Of a DNA stretch of 64,000 nucleotides, positions 20,865 through 32,988 are shown piece by piece. A model generated the notes under the pieces. That model searched no databases. It was not told where the DNA came from and saw only the letters and a list, made by a program, of their open reading frames with translations. Position 1 is the stretch's first letter, and every line of letters starts with the position of its first letter. Source of the stretch: Prasinococcaceae sp. CCMP 1430 (Eukaryota > Plantae > Prasinodermophyta); assembly GCA_013416795.1 (NCBI GenBank), contig RQSC01000028.1:527810-591809 (forward strand), written 5' to 3'. Both the position numbers and the translations under genes were made by a program.

Positions 20865-21616
20865 TGCGGGGGCGCCCTGCGCCGTGGTGCACGCCCGCGA
20901 CGGGCGCGCCGGCGAGCAGCGGCGCCGCCGACTCGGCGTACTGCGAGCCGCCCATCTTTTCCCCCCTCCTCCTGCGAGCCCTCTGTGCCCCTGCCGCGCG
21001 TCGTGCTCAGCGCGCCGCGCGCGCCGAGTGGCGGCCCCTGGCGCCCAGCCGCGCTCGCCCGCAAGAGGGGCGCGCGCCCCAGAGCGCTGCTGCGCAGCGG
21101 CTTCTTTTTTTTGCGCTGCCCGCAGCAGCGCGGCAGCGCCAACCGGCCGAGCAACAGCCGTCCTCCCCGCGCACCCCCGCGCATCCGCGCATCCGCTCCG
21201 TCGGTCGGTCGGTCGGTCTGTGGGTGCCCGGCCGGCCGGATGGCTGGCCGCGTGTGCGTGCGCACGCCACGCACGCGCCCGCACCAACGGAGGACCACGG
21301 AGGCGAGGAGTGACGGAACGGAACGGATTTGATGGGATGTTGTGACCTTGACCCTCGGTACGGGATAAACGGATGGTGGCATTTTCGGCGAATCAACCGC
21401 GCTTTGTGGGGGGCTCTTCGCATGGGTTTGCGCGGCGTCGCGCCGCCGCTCGCGCTCCGCGTTTTCGCGACGTGCTGCCGCGCGCAGTGCCCTCCTTCCG
21501 CCTGCGCCGGCAGCGTGCCGGCGCGCATTCAAAAAAAAAAAAAGGGTCTTCGGCGCAGGTCAAAGCGCACTCGGGCGCGCGCGCGGAGGAGAGGGCGGCC
21601 GCCGGGGGGGGGGGGG

Positions 21617-21731
21617 NNNNNNNNNNNNNNNNNNNNNNNNNNNNNNNNNNNNNNNNNNNNNNNNNNNNNNNNNNNNNNNNNNNNNNNNNNNNNNNNNNNN
21701 NNNNNNNNNNNNNNNNNNNNNNNNNNNNNNN
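21617..21731. other. Assembly gap (115 N) following a poly-G run
   Basis: Run of N directly visible; smaller N runs at 4398, 16376-16381, 26514, 37022 and 57897. Confidence 0.99.
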
Positions 21732-21755
21732 GGCGCGGCCGGAGCCGGGCGCGGC

Positions 21756-23402
21756 ATGTGCAAGCCGCCGCCGCCGTCGCCAATGGGCCGCAAGCGCTCG
21801 CTCGAGCCGCCGGCGCCCGAGGTGAAGAGCGCGGTCGCGCAGACGGCGCCAGCGGCCAAGCGCCCCAAGGAAGACAAGGCCGCCGTGAGCGCGGAGGCGA
21901 TACCGTACTTCACTGCGCTCGCGACCTTCTTGAGCTACGGGCAGCTCATCGTGGTCGGGTACATATGGGACTTCATCCTGTACACTGTCCTGCGCCGCCA
22001 GCGCGACTCGAGCCACGCGGTCGGCTACGCGCCGCTCACGCGCGACTTCGAGGACTTCTACACGCGCAACCTGTACCACCGCATCTCGGACTGCTGGAAC
22101 CGTCCCGTGTGCTCCGCGCCCGGCGCCTGGTTCGACGTGGTGGCGCGCGAGGCGCCCGCGGACGCGGGCAAGCGCAGCTGGCCGCCCGAGCTGAAGCACA
22201 CGGGCGAGACCATCCGCGCGCTCAACCTGGGCAGCTACAACTACTTGGGCTTCGCGGCGGCGGACGAGTACTGCACGCCCAGGGTGGTCGACACGCTCAA
22301 GGCCCGCGGCGCTGCGACGTGCGCCCCTCGCGCGGGCGGCGGCACCACCGACGACCACCTGGAGCTCGAGAGGCTGATCGCCGAGTACCTGGGCAAGGAG
22401 GCCGCGGTGACGCTGGGCATGGGCTTCGCCACCAACTCGCTCATCATCCCCGCGCTGGTGTCCAAGGGCTGCCTGGTGGTGTCGGACAGCCTCAACCACA
22501 ACTCGATCGTCAAGGGCTGCTCGGGCTCGGGCGCCAAGGTCAAGGTGTTCCGACACAACGAGCCCGACCACCTGGACCGCGTGCTGCACCGCGCGATCGC
22601 CGAAGGACAGCCTCGCACGGGCCGCCCCTGGAAGAAGGTGCTGGTGGTGGTGGAGGGAATCTACTCGATGGAGGGCGAGGTCTGCCGCCTGAAGGAGATC
22701 GTGGCTATCAAGAAGAAGTACCGCGCGTACCTGTACCTCGATGAGGCGCACTCCATCGGCGCGGTGGGCGCGACGGGGCGCGGCATCTCGGAGCTGCAGG
22801 GCGTGGACACCGCCGACATCGACATCATGATGGGCACATTCACCAAGTCGTTCGGCAGCTGCGGCGGGTACATCGCGTCGAGCCGCGCGGTGGTGAACCA
22901 CCTGCGCGCGCACTCTCCCGCGCACCTGTACGCCACCGCCATGAGCCCGCCGTGCGTGCGCCAGTGCATCGCCTCGCTGCAGGTCATCATGGGCGCCGAC
23001 GGCTCGGACCGCGGCGCGCAGAAGCTCGCGGCCATCAGGGAGGGCGCGAACTTCCTGCGCACGGAGCTCGAGGCGCACGGCTGCATCGTCCTTGGCGACA
23101 AGGACTCGCCCGTCCTGCCGGTGATGCTCTTCAACCCCGGAAAGATCAGCGCCTTCTCGCGAGAGTGCCTCGCGCGCGGCGTCGCGGTCGTCGTGGTGGG
23201 CTTCCCGGCGTGCCCGCTGCTGCTCAGCCGCGTGCGGCTCTGCGTGAGCGCGGCGCACAGCAAGGAGGACCTCAAGCACGCCGCGGCGGTGCTCAAGGAG
23301 GTGGCGGACATTGTCGGCGTCACGTATGGGGATGCCGACAAGAAGAGGCTCATGGAGGCCAATCCGGAGGTCGCCAAGTGCCTCGCGCAGGAGGCGAGAT
23401 GA
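21756..23402 (+). CDS. LCB2: Serine palmitoyltransferase subunit LCB2 (long chain base biosynthesis protein 2)
   Basis: DFEDFYTRNLYHRISDCWNRP, LNLGSYNYLGFA, YLYLDEAHSIGA and PLP-lysine motif GTFTKSFG. Confidence 0.96.
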   Translation: MCKPPPPSPMGRKRSLEPPAPEVKSAVAQTAPAAKRPKEDKAAVSAEAIPYFTALATFLSYGQLIVVGYIWDFILYTVLRRQRDSSHAVGYAPLTRDFEDFYTRNLYHRISDCWNRPVCSAPGAWFDVVAREAPADAGKRSWPPELKHTGETIRALNLGSYNYLGFAAADEYCTPRVVDTLKARGAATCAPRAGGGTTDDHLELERLIAEYLGKEAAVTLGMGFATNSLIIPALVSKGCLVVSDSLNHNSIVKGCSGSGAKVKVFRHNEPDHLDRVLHRAIAEGQPRTGRPWKKVLVVVEGIYSMEGEVCRLKEIVAIKKKYRAYLYLDEAHSIGAVGATGRGISELQGVDTADIDIMMGTFTKSFGSCGGYIASSRAVVNHLRAHSPAHLYATAMSPPCVRQCIASLQVIMGADGSDRGAQKLAAIREGANFLRTELEAHGCIVLGDKDSPVLPVMLFNPGKISAFSRECLARGVAVVVVGFPACPLLLSRVRLCVSAAHSKEDLKHAAAVLKEVADIVGVTYGDADKKRLMEANPEVAKCLAQEAR

Positions 23403-23964
23403 ACGCCCGCGCCAGGCGCGCGCGCGCGCGCCCGCGAAGGGGGAGGGGGAGCACGGCCGGCGCCGCGCCGCGCCGCGGCGGGCTCGTGCATTGGGCGGTG
23501 TGGTTTTTTGTGTGTACGGCCCGCGCGCCGCAAACATTTAATTCGAGGATGGTGTGCCATGGGGCCTCGCGTCCGCGCACGCAGGTGCGGGTGGGTGCTT
23601 TGGGGTGGCGCCCGGGGCGCGCTTGCCCCTCCAGCCTCTCCGAGTCCCGCTGTCTTCCCCTCCCCCTCGACCCGCCTGCGCGCGGCGCAAAATTGACGGC
23701 CCACGCGCGCGCGCGCGCGCCATTTTTGCGCGCGGGCGGGCGATTGAAACCCACCGTGTCAAAACGCATGCGCAAGGGACCAATCGAAACCCTGGCCCAT
23801 GCAGGATCACAAAAACCTGAAATCGCGCGAGTGGTACCGTACCGTAATGATGGTACTGTGCCGATGGGACAGTACTGTACGGGACTATGTACGCGTGTGT
23901 TGTGATGGTTCAGTACCTACAGTACCATCGCCGCGCGCCTGCGCACACGTGCAGGCAGTGCCAA

Positions 23965-24032
23965 CGCACCATGTGCACACACACACACGCACACACGCAC
24001 GCACGCACGCACGCACGCACACACATACATAC

Positions 24033-24070
<38 letters not shown>

Positions 24071-24130
24071 CACACACGCACGCACACACACGCACACACA
24101 CACACGCACGCACACACACGCGCGCGCGCA
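23965..24130. repeat. Compound (CA)n/(CACG)n microsatellite
   Basis: cacacacacgcacacacgcacgcacgcacg... directly visible. Confidence 0.95.
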
Positions 24131-24205
24131 CAGACGCCCGCGTGCAGACCCGCCGGCCGCACACACACGCCATCGTCGCACCCATCCACACACGCACAAA
24201 ACAAG

Positions 24206-26520
24206 ATGCCGGCGTGGGTCGAGCGATCGACACGCCGTGGCGAGGTCGCAGACTCGCGGCGGCGACGACGCCTGCGTGCGGCGGCCAGCTCTGCACGCCC
24301 GCCCGCACTCGCGCTGCGGCGCTGGCCAGCCCGACCCCCCGATCCGGCGCCCGCTCGTCGATGCCTTCGACGGCGCGTGCGGGGCACAAAAAAGAGGCGG
24401 CAGCTTCCTCCTCGCGGCGCCGGGGCGCGTGCCCGCGAGCCTGTTTCCTCGCCGGGCGGTGGTGTGGTTCGCTCGCTGTTGCGGCTGACAGGTGTACGAT
24501 AGGGTGTGCCTGGATCGGAGCGTGGGGGAGAGTGCCGTCACTGCAACGTCGGCACCGCCCGTCACTGCCGCGGCGGAACAAAACACGAAAACAGCCCCAA
24601 TCGAATGGCGCGGGCAGGGGGGCGCGCGCGTGTTTTCCGTGCGCCGCACGCAATCGGGATATTTTTTGCGGAACGGGAATCCTGTGCGGGATGGGCGCGC
24701 GCGCGGGATCCGCGGGCCCCTTCGGAGGGCGCGCGGGGGCGCGGGAAGGAGAGCGAGTGCTTTGGCGCGGGGGGCGAGGCGGGGGGCGGCGGGCGCACGC
24801 TGCTGCTGCGCGGGGCGCCCGAGCAGGGGCAGGGCCGAGGGCAGGGGCAGGCGCAAGGGGGGGAGGAGAGCCCGCCGCGACGACGGGGAGGATCTTCCGA
24901 ACCTCCGCTGTATGCGTGGCCCGGCGATGCCAACGCTACCCTGGCGCAGCAACTGCAGGGCGACGCGAGCTGGCAGAAAGGGGAGCAGGCGGCAGCGGGA
25001 AGGCACGCCCTGCATGGCGGCACGACCAACGCCAACGCGATCGAATTGAGCGACGACGACGACGGCGGCAATCTCAGCACTGAGGTTGACATACTGGGGA
25101 CGGGTGGCGGACATGGCAGCCGTGGAGGCGGAGGAGCTGCGAAGGGCGGTCGCAGCACCGGCGATGGGCGTGGCGCGCCGGGCGGAGCGGATGTTAGCGG
25201 CGCCGACATGAGGGGCGGCGATCAGCAGCACGTCCGCGATTCCCTGGCAGTGCGCTCGGGCCGAGCTGGGTCGCGATCGACCGGAATACCGCCCAATCCG
25301 AGCCCGACTGCGGCCGCCGTGGCGCCGAGGCTTGGGGCTTCCGAACGGGCGCCGTCCAAGTGGGGGCCGTTGGGCCTGGTCGACATGGGGACAAAGAGCT
25401 CGATTGGTGGGGCGAGCCGGCGCATCACTGACTGCACGAGTCCGACCCAGCGCACGCCCGCTGGAACTGCAGCCGGCGCGGAGGGGCGAGCGCAGACGAC
25501 CCCAGCCACGGCTCCGCCGAGACTTGGCGCTTTCACCACCCACCGCGCCGACTCTCTCATCTCGGGGGCAGCCGCCTCTGCCCAGTGCACGCCCGCTGCC
25601 GCTGCCCATACGCGGTCGGCCGTGAACGTGCCAGCGACCGCTCCGGACAAGATCCAGCGTCAACTTGATGGCGGTGAGACCATCGTGATTGAGGCCGTCC
25701 AGGCGTACTATGGCAACGAGCATCTGAAAGGCGCGACGATGAAGGTGGAAACGTCTCGGCTGGTGTTTGACCTGCGATTGAGCGATGATGCGGCAGATAT
25801 GGCGGGCGGCGTGAGACAGGCGCGCATCTGTCTCGATTTACTGGAGAGCAAGAAATGGGAAAAGGGCACCTTTCGGGTACGACAGCCGCGGCGTTGCCAC
25901 ACCTCGCTGCGCGTGCAGCGCGCGGATGTGCTGGAGAGAGAAGCGCAGCGCGCCACTCTTGTTGCCCCAGCTGACGGATCGATCACTGACATCCGCGCTT
26001 GCCCTGTCGGTGCGCGTGCGCGCCATCCGCCCTCACTGGGTGTTCCCCCGCGCTTGGCATGCATCTCTCCCGTCGTAGGCACACTATTCGGATGCAATCA
26101 ACATCCAAAGGTCCGAGTGTGTCATGTTCTATGTGTGCCCGCCAAAGCGCTTGCAGCCAACGCCCCTCGAACCTTACCTGCGCCAAGACCCGTGGTTCGA
26201 GGGCCTGATCTTCCTCTTCGCTCGATCGGACTACCTACGTTTCAAGAGAACCATATTTCGCCGGCTCCAGCCCGTGTGGGAAAAGTACAAGGGGGACCCA
26301 GGCGCCGACCAGCTGTGCAACCTCTACAAGCGCCGTAATAGGTGGGACCAGGGCACTGCCGACATTAACGTCCAGGGCAGTCCTCAGTCTCAGTGGCAAC
26401 CCCGCCGGAGCACGCCGGTGAGTCCTCGCGTCGCACGCCTCGCTGCCATGATCCGTGAGCCCGTGCGCGCTCACGCGCCTCGCATCAAGAGCCCGCCCCT
26501 CCCCCCCCCCCCCNGCGCCA

Positions 26521-26552
<32 letters not shown>

Positions 26553-28956
26553 CACACACCTCAATGTGTGCCAATGCCCTGCGTCGCACTGACATGACTC
26601 CTGCGATCGTGCACAGACCCACTCTGTGCCTGAGCGTCTGTTTGAGGCGTCGAGCCGCGGAAGAAGCCCGACGCCACGCAGCAGCGCTAAGAAGCGCTCG
26701 TGGTACTTCGGTGGGTACGGCTCGCACAACCCGAGGCGTTCCGCGCGCAAATCGAATGATCCGAAGAGGCACAAATCGATCCTTCCCCGCGAGCCAGAGA
26801 CGGTGGACTTGAGCGACGATGATGGGGCCCCGGGCCCCAGTGTCGAGGGCGATGTCTTCTTCTCCAAAGCGTCGCGCCACACCACGCTGAGCGCGCCTGT
26901 GGTGTACCCGCCCGACGCGCTGGACTGCATCATGGTAGAAGACAGCGACCTGGACTGCCTCATGCCTGGCCAGTTTCTCAACGACACGATGGTCGACTTC
27001 CTCATTCGCAGGAGCATGCACACGGCCAACTTGCGCGACGGCGACGGCCCGGTGTACTGCTTCAGCAGCTTCTTCTTTAAGAAGCTCACGCGCGATCGCA
27101 ACGCCACCCCGACGGAGGCCTACCTCGGCGTGCGGCGCTGGACGAACGACGTCGACATTTTCGCCAAGCCGTTTCTCATGATTCCGATCAACCACGCATT
27201 CCACTGGTTTCTCGCCATCGTGTGTATGCCCGGCCAGGCCGGCGACTCTCGCTTCGAGCTCGGTGGCCTTTCGACGCTGAGGCCGTGCATCCTGCTGCTC
27301 GACTCGATGCGAAATTCGGACGGCGTGCGACATTGGGTCAGCGAGGCTATCCATAGCTACCTGAAGTGCGAGTGGGACGCGCGCAAGAGGCACATCGCCG
27401 CCCCCGGGGGTGGCGAGGGAAGACCCGAAGCGGGAGGTGCCGCAGTTGCGGCGGCCGCGAGTATCGCCGCGACGGAGGGGCGCGCGCGCGATACTGCGAC
27501 CGAGGGCGTCGCGATAGGCGGTGCGAGCCACAACCCTGCAGTGGTGCCCGCGGACGCCGGGGGGGACGGCGATGCTGGCGTGCGCGTCTTCGACGACGTG
27601 ACGATGCCCATGAAGATGCCCTACGGGCCGCAACAGGACAACCATTACGACTGCGGCCTTTTCGTGTGCAAGTACGCCGACGAGTTCGTGAAGCAGGTGG
27701 CCGAGCGAGGCCAAGACAGCGTGGCGGGTAACGTGGACTCGAAGGGCGTCCCGTTTTTTATGAATCAGGAGTGGTTCGGAATCACGGAGGTGGCCGAGAG
27801 CCGCGACCTCATCATGCTCCAGCTGAAGGAGCTCGACAAGGAGCAGAACCCCGCGGGTGGTGGCGCGCCCGACGGCGACGCTCGTGGCGCAGACAGTGAT
27901 GCTCAGCCGTCGGACTCTGAGGATTGCATGGTGATCGACACTCCCGGTGGCATGCCCCAGCCCGCGCAGCCCGCATCGGCGGGCCGTGGCGCTGCTGAGG
28001 GCTCGAACATTCCTGTGCTAGTACACGATGAGGAACAGGCGCGCGTCGCGCAGCAGCGCTCTGCGCAGCTCAAGAAGTCGCTCGACGAAGAAAGCGACGC
28101 CGACGAAGACGCCCGTGCTGTCACAGCTCGAGCGGGTGGGCATGGCGCTGGCGGTGCAGTCGCACGCGCCAACTCCGAAGACGGCGTGGCGCGCCAGCTT
28201 GACCTCGGGAGCGCGGAGACGGCGCCGCCCTCAGCCTCTGGAGCGAAGGCTTGGGCGGCCGAAGCGCCGGCCGCCGTGGCGCAGGCGCGCCCACATGCGC
28301 CCGCCGATGACTCGCCAGGAATGCAGGCGGCTCTGGGTGGCTTGAATCCGCGCTATCGAGAATCGAAGAACGGTCGCGCCTCCGATGCAGTGCCGACGGG
28401 CGCACCGCCACCGCCAGCAGCGGCTGATGGCACCCGGGTGCGCTACCGCGAGGCGAGGTCCAGCAAGTCGCAAGCCGCGCGCACACCCACCTGCGCGCCG
28501 TCTGCGGCCGAGGGCGCGCCGCGCGCGCCCGAACAAGTCATTGACTTGGCCTCATCCGGCTCCGACGGCGACACCGACAGCGACGACGGTGCGTTCAGAG
28601 TGCAGAGATCACGATCAGCAGCCGCCGCCGGAGCGGCCGAGCACGACCGGGCTGCGAGCGCCGCGGCTGCTCTCGGTGCGCAGGGGTGTGCCAGAACGCG
28701 CTCCCCCACGCAGCAGGGGCGTACGCGGGAGGATCGGCCGAGGATTGCCGACGATGCTGCTATGGCAACCCCCGATGATGCCGACGGCGCCGTGCCAAGC
28801 ACGCTCGTGCAGCGCGCGGGCCGTGCGGAAGGAGGCTCGCCACGCGAGCAGGCTGCGGCTGAAAGCGACAACGACGTGCAGATCCTCGAGCTCGAGGACG
28901 AGGATATGGCCGAGGACGAGCGCATGCTGCTCGCCGGTGGCAGCCAGGCGCCGTGA
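24206..28956 (+). CDS. ULP2/SENP6-7-type SUMO protease (Peptidase C48), multi-exon; N-terminal exons approximate
   Basis: Catalytic exon 26626-28956: LMPGQFLNDTMVDF, FSSFFFKKL, VRRWTNDVDIFAKPFLMIPINHAFHWFLAIVC, ILLLDS and PQQDNHYDCGLF (His-Asp-Cys triad). Upstream ORF 24506-26338 has coding-like low-complexity sequence and splice signals. Confidence 0.85.
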
Positions 28957-29193
28957 TCGCGGGCGGCGCGCTCAAGCCTTGTGCCAACGGTGGCAAGGTC
29001 ACTGGAATAAAAAATAAGACAGCTACACGTGAGCACCCGGTGGGCAGGTTAAGCCTGCCCACACCTGATAATGCGTGCGCGCGGGCAAAAGTGTGTGCGT
29101 GTGTGTGTGTGTGTAAACATTGCGCGCGTGCAATGGCGCGCAAGAGGGGAGAAGGGGGGGAGGGGAAGGCGGACGCGCCCGACGCCCGCGTCG

Positions 29194-29643
29194 CTACACG
29201 GTCTTCGCCTTGCGCGGCGGCATGAGCGCGGAAACCATAGAGTAGAGGCTGAGTCCCGACGACACCACGCCGACCGTGCCGAGCTGCCTGGGCGACATGC
29301 CGGTGATCACTTGCGCGAGCCCGGCCGAGAGCAGAGTCTGCGCGGCCGCCTGCGTGGCGGCGATGGCCGCCTTGTCCCGCGCCTTGTTTGCCGCGGCCAC
29401 GCCTTCGAGGTCGCCGGCGTCGGCCGCTTTCGCACCCTTGGCCACCGCCCGCGCAAGCGTGTCGAGTTCGAGCAGCAGCTGCGCCACGGACGCGACGAAC
29501 CAGCCGCGAAACGACGCCTTCGACAGACCCGCGGCGGCCTCCTTGCCTCCCACCGATATGGCACCGACCCTGCAAGTGCGCTGCGTCAGTGCACGGCGTC
29601 GCGAAGGCGGGCAGGCGTGGGATGGGTTTGTGGGTGGTTGGTC

Positions 29644-29694
<51 letters not shown>

Positions 29695-30184
29695 CAGGCA
29701 GCGGTGGGCTTACTTGTTGAGCCAGCCGATGTTATCCAGGCCCACGAACGCGATCAGGCCCAGGGCCTTGAGCTTTGCGAGCAGCCGCCTGTGCTCGGGC
29801 CCGCTCCCGACCGCGTAGGGGCCCTGAGCGAACAGCACGGGCACCGCGAGCTCGAGTGGCTTGCCGAAGCGGAACGGCTTGCGCGAGGCGCCGAGCGCTT
29901 GCGCCATGGTAAGCTGCCAGCCGGGCTTGCCCGCGGCGACGGCCATCATCGCATACTGCAGGCTCGCCAGGCACTGCGCGCTCGCGGCCGGCAGCGCAGT
30001 AGAGGTTGGCCACCCAAAGTGCGGCGGGGCGCGGCGCGTCAGTGCACGCCCTCTGCAGCAGCAGCCTCGCTCCCATTCGCGGGCCTCGGGCTGCGCGCCG
30101 CACCTTGTCGCGGCCGTCGTACTTGCCGAGCACCGCCGACACCACCTTCCAGTGCGTGAGGAAGTCCACCGCCGTGACGTTCAT
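29194..30184 (-). CDS. PEX11: Peroxisomal biogenesis factor 11 (PEX11), 3 exons
   Basis: KYDGRDK | LQYAMM...ALGASRKPFRFGK, LIAFVGLDNIGWL and QLGTVGVVSSGLSLY near the C-terminus. Confidence 0.88.
29643..29694 (+). repeat. (GGGGTC)n hexamer tract, 7 full units plus partials, inside a PEX11 intron
   Basis: Directly visible tandem ggggtc. Confidence 0.95.
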
Positions 30185-30279
30185 GGCGTCCGCGCCGCCC
30201 ACCCCGCGCGGGCGCCGCGGGAGGCTCGCGGGGGGAAGGGGAAGGGAAGGTGTGTGTGGTGCGCGCGCGTGCGCGTGTG

Positions 30280-30311
<32 letters not shown>

Positions 30312-30369
30312 GATGCGCGCGCTGTGGCGGGGCCGCCAGCTCAGCGCGCGCCGCCCCGGAAATCCCCAT

Positions 30370-30610
30370 CCGCGAAATTCATTTCCGCGAAATCTATAAT
30401 CGATGAAATTACCACCGCCCCTCGAAGCCGCGGAATGCCGTCTCGAAATGAGGTCGTACCGCGTTTTGTTTTCGCTTTTTTCGCGCGCTCTGCTGCCAGA
30501 ATGTTAAACCCTAACCTAAACTATGAAGTGACAGATCAACGTACACTGTTCGTACAGTATATGTACTGTAATGTAATGTAGACCAACAAATCTTCTGACA
30601 AAACCCTAAC
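30370..30610. promoter_or_regulatory. MCM5/PEX11 divergent promoter with E2F-like sites and telo-boxes
   Basis: TTTCGCGC at 30479-30486; CCGCGAAA (rc TTTCGCGG) at ~30370 and ~30385; AAACCCTAA at 30506-30514 and 30601-30609; AT-rich island. Confidence 0.6.
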
Positions 30611-30774
30611 ATGTGGAGGTTTAATTGATGCATTTCCACCTGTCAAGTACCGACGGGAGACTATGCGCTGTCGCGAAACGGAAGCACAGCGCCAGCGCTA
30701 GTAGCGCACGCGGCGGGGCAGGGGTGGGGTGGGGGTCACTCGCGCGTCGGCAGCGCCAGAGGCGCCGCGCCGCC

Positions 30775-32988
30775 ATGTCGGGCTACGATGAGGGCAACGT
30801 GTACTACCAGAACCAGGGCATGATCCAGGAGGCCGCCGGCGACGACGCGGACGTGCTGACGCGCGCGACGGTGAAGCGCAAGTTCCGCGAGTTCCTCGCG
30901 GGCTTCCGCGACGGCGACGAGCTGGTGTACCGCGACAAGTGCGAGCAGCTGCGCCGCTCGGACGACCCCCACAAGGTGCTCTCCGTGCGCATGGAGCACC
31001 TCCAAAGGTTCGACGACGAGCTGGCCGGCATGCTGCGCAACGAGCCGGCCGAGTACCTGCCGCTCTTCGAGGTGTCCGCGGCCGACCTGATCGCCATGCT
31101 GCAGGTGCGCGTTGCGGACGGCGAAGACGAGAGCGCCCTGATCGACGTGGAGGTGACGAACGTGCAGGTCCTCCTTAGCTCCAATGAGGAACCGAAGAAG
31201 CTGCGCGAGCTCACCGCGGAAAACATCTCCAAGCAGATCCTGTTCTCGGGCATCGTGACGGCCGCCTCGCGCCCCAAGTCCAAGGCGACGCTCATCTGCC
31301 TGCGCTGCCGCACGTGCGGCCACCTGACCTCGATCCAGTGCAAGCCGGGCATCGGCGGCGCGATCAAGCCGCGCCGGTGCGGCGCGTCGGAGCAGCAGCA
31401 GGGCCCCGAGGGCTGCCCACTCGACCCATACGTCGAGCTCGAGGACAAGTCCAAGTACGTGGACCAGCAGACGCTCAAGCTGCAGGAGGTGCCGGAGGAC
31501 GTGCCCGCCGGCGAGCTGCCGCGCTCGGCGATGCTCGTGCTTGACCGCTCCCTGGTGGGTCGCGTGGCGCCCGGCACGCGCATGACGTGCACGGGCATCT
31601 ACTCCATCTACTCGGCCGACAAGAAGAGCGGCTCCAAGGCCAACCTCGCCGCGCTGCGCCAGCCGTACATCCGCGTGGTGGGCATCGACGAGGAGAGCGA
31701 GGGCAACAACCGCAACAAGCCCACCTTCACGCCTGCAGAGGTGACTGAGTTCAAGGAGTTCGCGAAGCAGCCGGGAATCTACGAGGCCTTGCGGCAGCGC
31801 ATCGCGCCCTCCATCTACGGCGGCGACGACATCAAGCGCGCCGTGGCCGCGCTGCTCTTCGGCGGCTCTCGCAAGCAGCTGCCCGACGGCACGCGGCTGC
31901 GCGGAGACGTCAACGTGCTCATGCTGGGCGACCCGTCGACGGCCAAGTCGCAGTTCCTCAAGTTCGTTGAAAAGACCGCGCCCATCTCCGTGTACACCTC
32001 GGGCAAGGGCTCGAGCGCGGCGGGTCTCACCGCGTCGGTGGTGCGCGACATGAACAACGAGTTCTACCTCGAGGGCGGCGCGATGGTGCTCGCCGACGGC
32101 GGCGTGGTGTGCATCGACGAGTTCGACAAGATGCGCCCTGAGGACCGCGTGGCCATCCACGAGGCCATGGAGCAGCAGACCATCTCGATCGCGAAGGCGG
32201 GCATCACCACGGTGCTCAACTCCCGCTGCTCGGTGCTCGCGGCGGCCAACCCGCCCAGCGGGCACTACGACGAGATGGCCGACGCCCAGGACAACATCGA
32301 GATGCAGTCGACCATCCTGTCGCGTTTCGATCTCATCTTCCTGGTGAAGGACGAGCGGCTGCGCGACCGCGACTTGGCGATCGCCGCGCACGTGGTGGGG
32401 GTGCACTCGGCCGCCGGACAGACGAGCGCCGAGGACAACGAGGAGGAGGCCGAGCGCGAGCGCTTCATCCGCCGCTACGTCGAGTACGCGCGGCACCACG
32501 TGTACCCGCGTCTCACTGAGGAGGCGGCGCTGCGCCTGCGCGACAAGTACGTGTCCATCCGCGAGCAGTCCAAGCAGTCGCAGCTCGAGCACGGAGTGGC
32601 GCCGGTGCCCATCACCGTGCGCCAGCTCGAGGCCATCGTGCGCGTCACGGAGGCGCACGCCAAGATGCGCCTGTCCAACGTGGCGACCGAGGCTGACGTC
32701 GAGCAGGCCGTGCGGCTTTTCGAGGTGTCCACGGAGGACGCGAGCAAGGCGGGGCTGGACCAGGACTTCTCGCCCAATGCCGAGCAGCTGAAGGAGCTGC
32801 AGGGCGTCGAGGAACAGATCAAGCGGCACGTGGCCATCGGGCAGTACATCGGCGAGAAGTCGCTCGTCTCCAACCTCGAACGCTACGGATACACCACGGG
32901 CGCCGTGCGGCGCGCACTGCTCGCCATGGCCAAGCGCGGCGAGGTCGACTTCAGGAGGGAGCGCAAGACGATCATGCGAGTTTCGTAG
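30775..32988 (+). CDS. MCM5: DNA replication licensing factor MCM5, intronless
   Basis: N-terminus MSGYDEGNVYY, LRGDVNVLMLGDPSTAKSQFLK, VYTSGKGSSAAGLTASV, CIDEFDKM and ILSRFDLIF. Confidence 0.97.
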   Translation: MSGYDEGNVYYQNQGMIQEAAGDDADVLTRATVKRKFREFLAGFRDGDELVYRDKCEQLRRSDDPHKVLSVRMEHLQRFDDELAGMLRNEPAEYLPLFEVSAADLIAMLQVRVADGEDESALIDVEVTNVQVLLSSNEEPKKLRELTAENISKQILFSGIVTAASRPKSKATLICLRCRTCGHLTSIQCKPGIGGAIKPRRCGASEQQQGPEGCPLDPYVELEDKSKYVDQQTLKLQEVPEDVPAGELPRSAMLVLDRSLVGRVAPGTRMTCTGIYSIYSADKKSGSKANLAALRQPYIRVVGIDEESEGNNRNKPTFTPAEVTEFKEFAKQPGIYEALRQRIAPSIYGGDDIKRAVAALLFGGSRKQLPDGTRLRGDVNVLMLGDPSTAKSQFLKFVEKTAPISVYTSGKGSSAAGLTASVVRDMNNEFYLEGGAMVLADGGVVCIDEFDKMRPEDRVAIHEAMEQQTISIAKAGITTVLNSRCSVLAAANPPSGHYDEMADAQDNIEMQSTILSRFDLIFLVKDERLRDRDLAIAAHVVGVHSAAGQTSAEDNEEEAERERFIRRYVEYARHHVYPRLTEEAALRLRDKYVSIREQSKQSQLEHGVAPVPITVRQLEAIVRVTEAHAKMRLSNVATEADVEQAVRLFEVSTEDASKAGLDQDFSPNAEQLKELQGVEEQIKRHVAIGQYIGEKSLVSNLERYGYTTGAVRRALLAMAKRGEVDFRRERKTIMRVS

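Noticed and set aside
23885-25083. ORFs containing HTHTHT / CVCVCV runs
   Set aside because: Translation of the (CA)n/(CACG)n microsatellite
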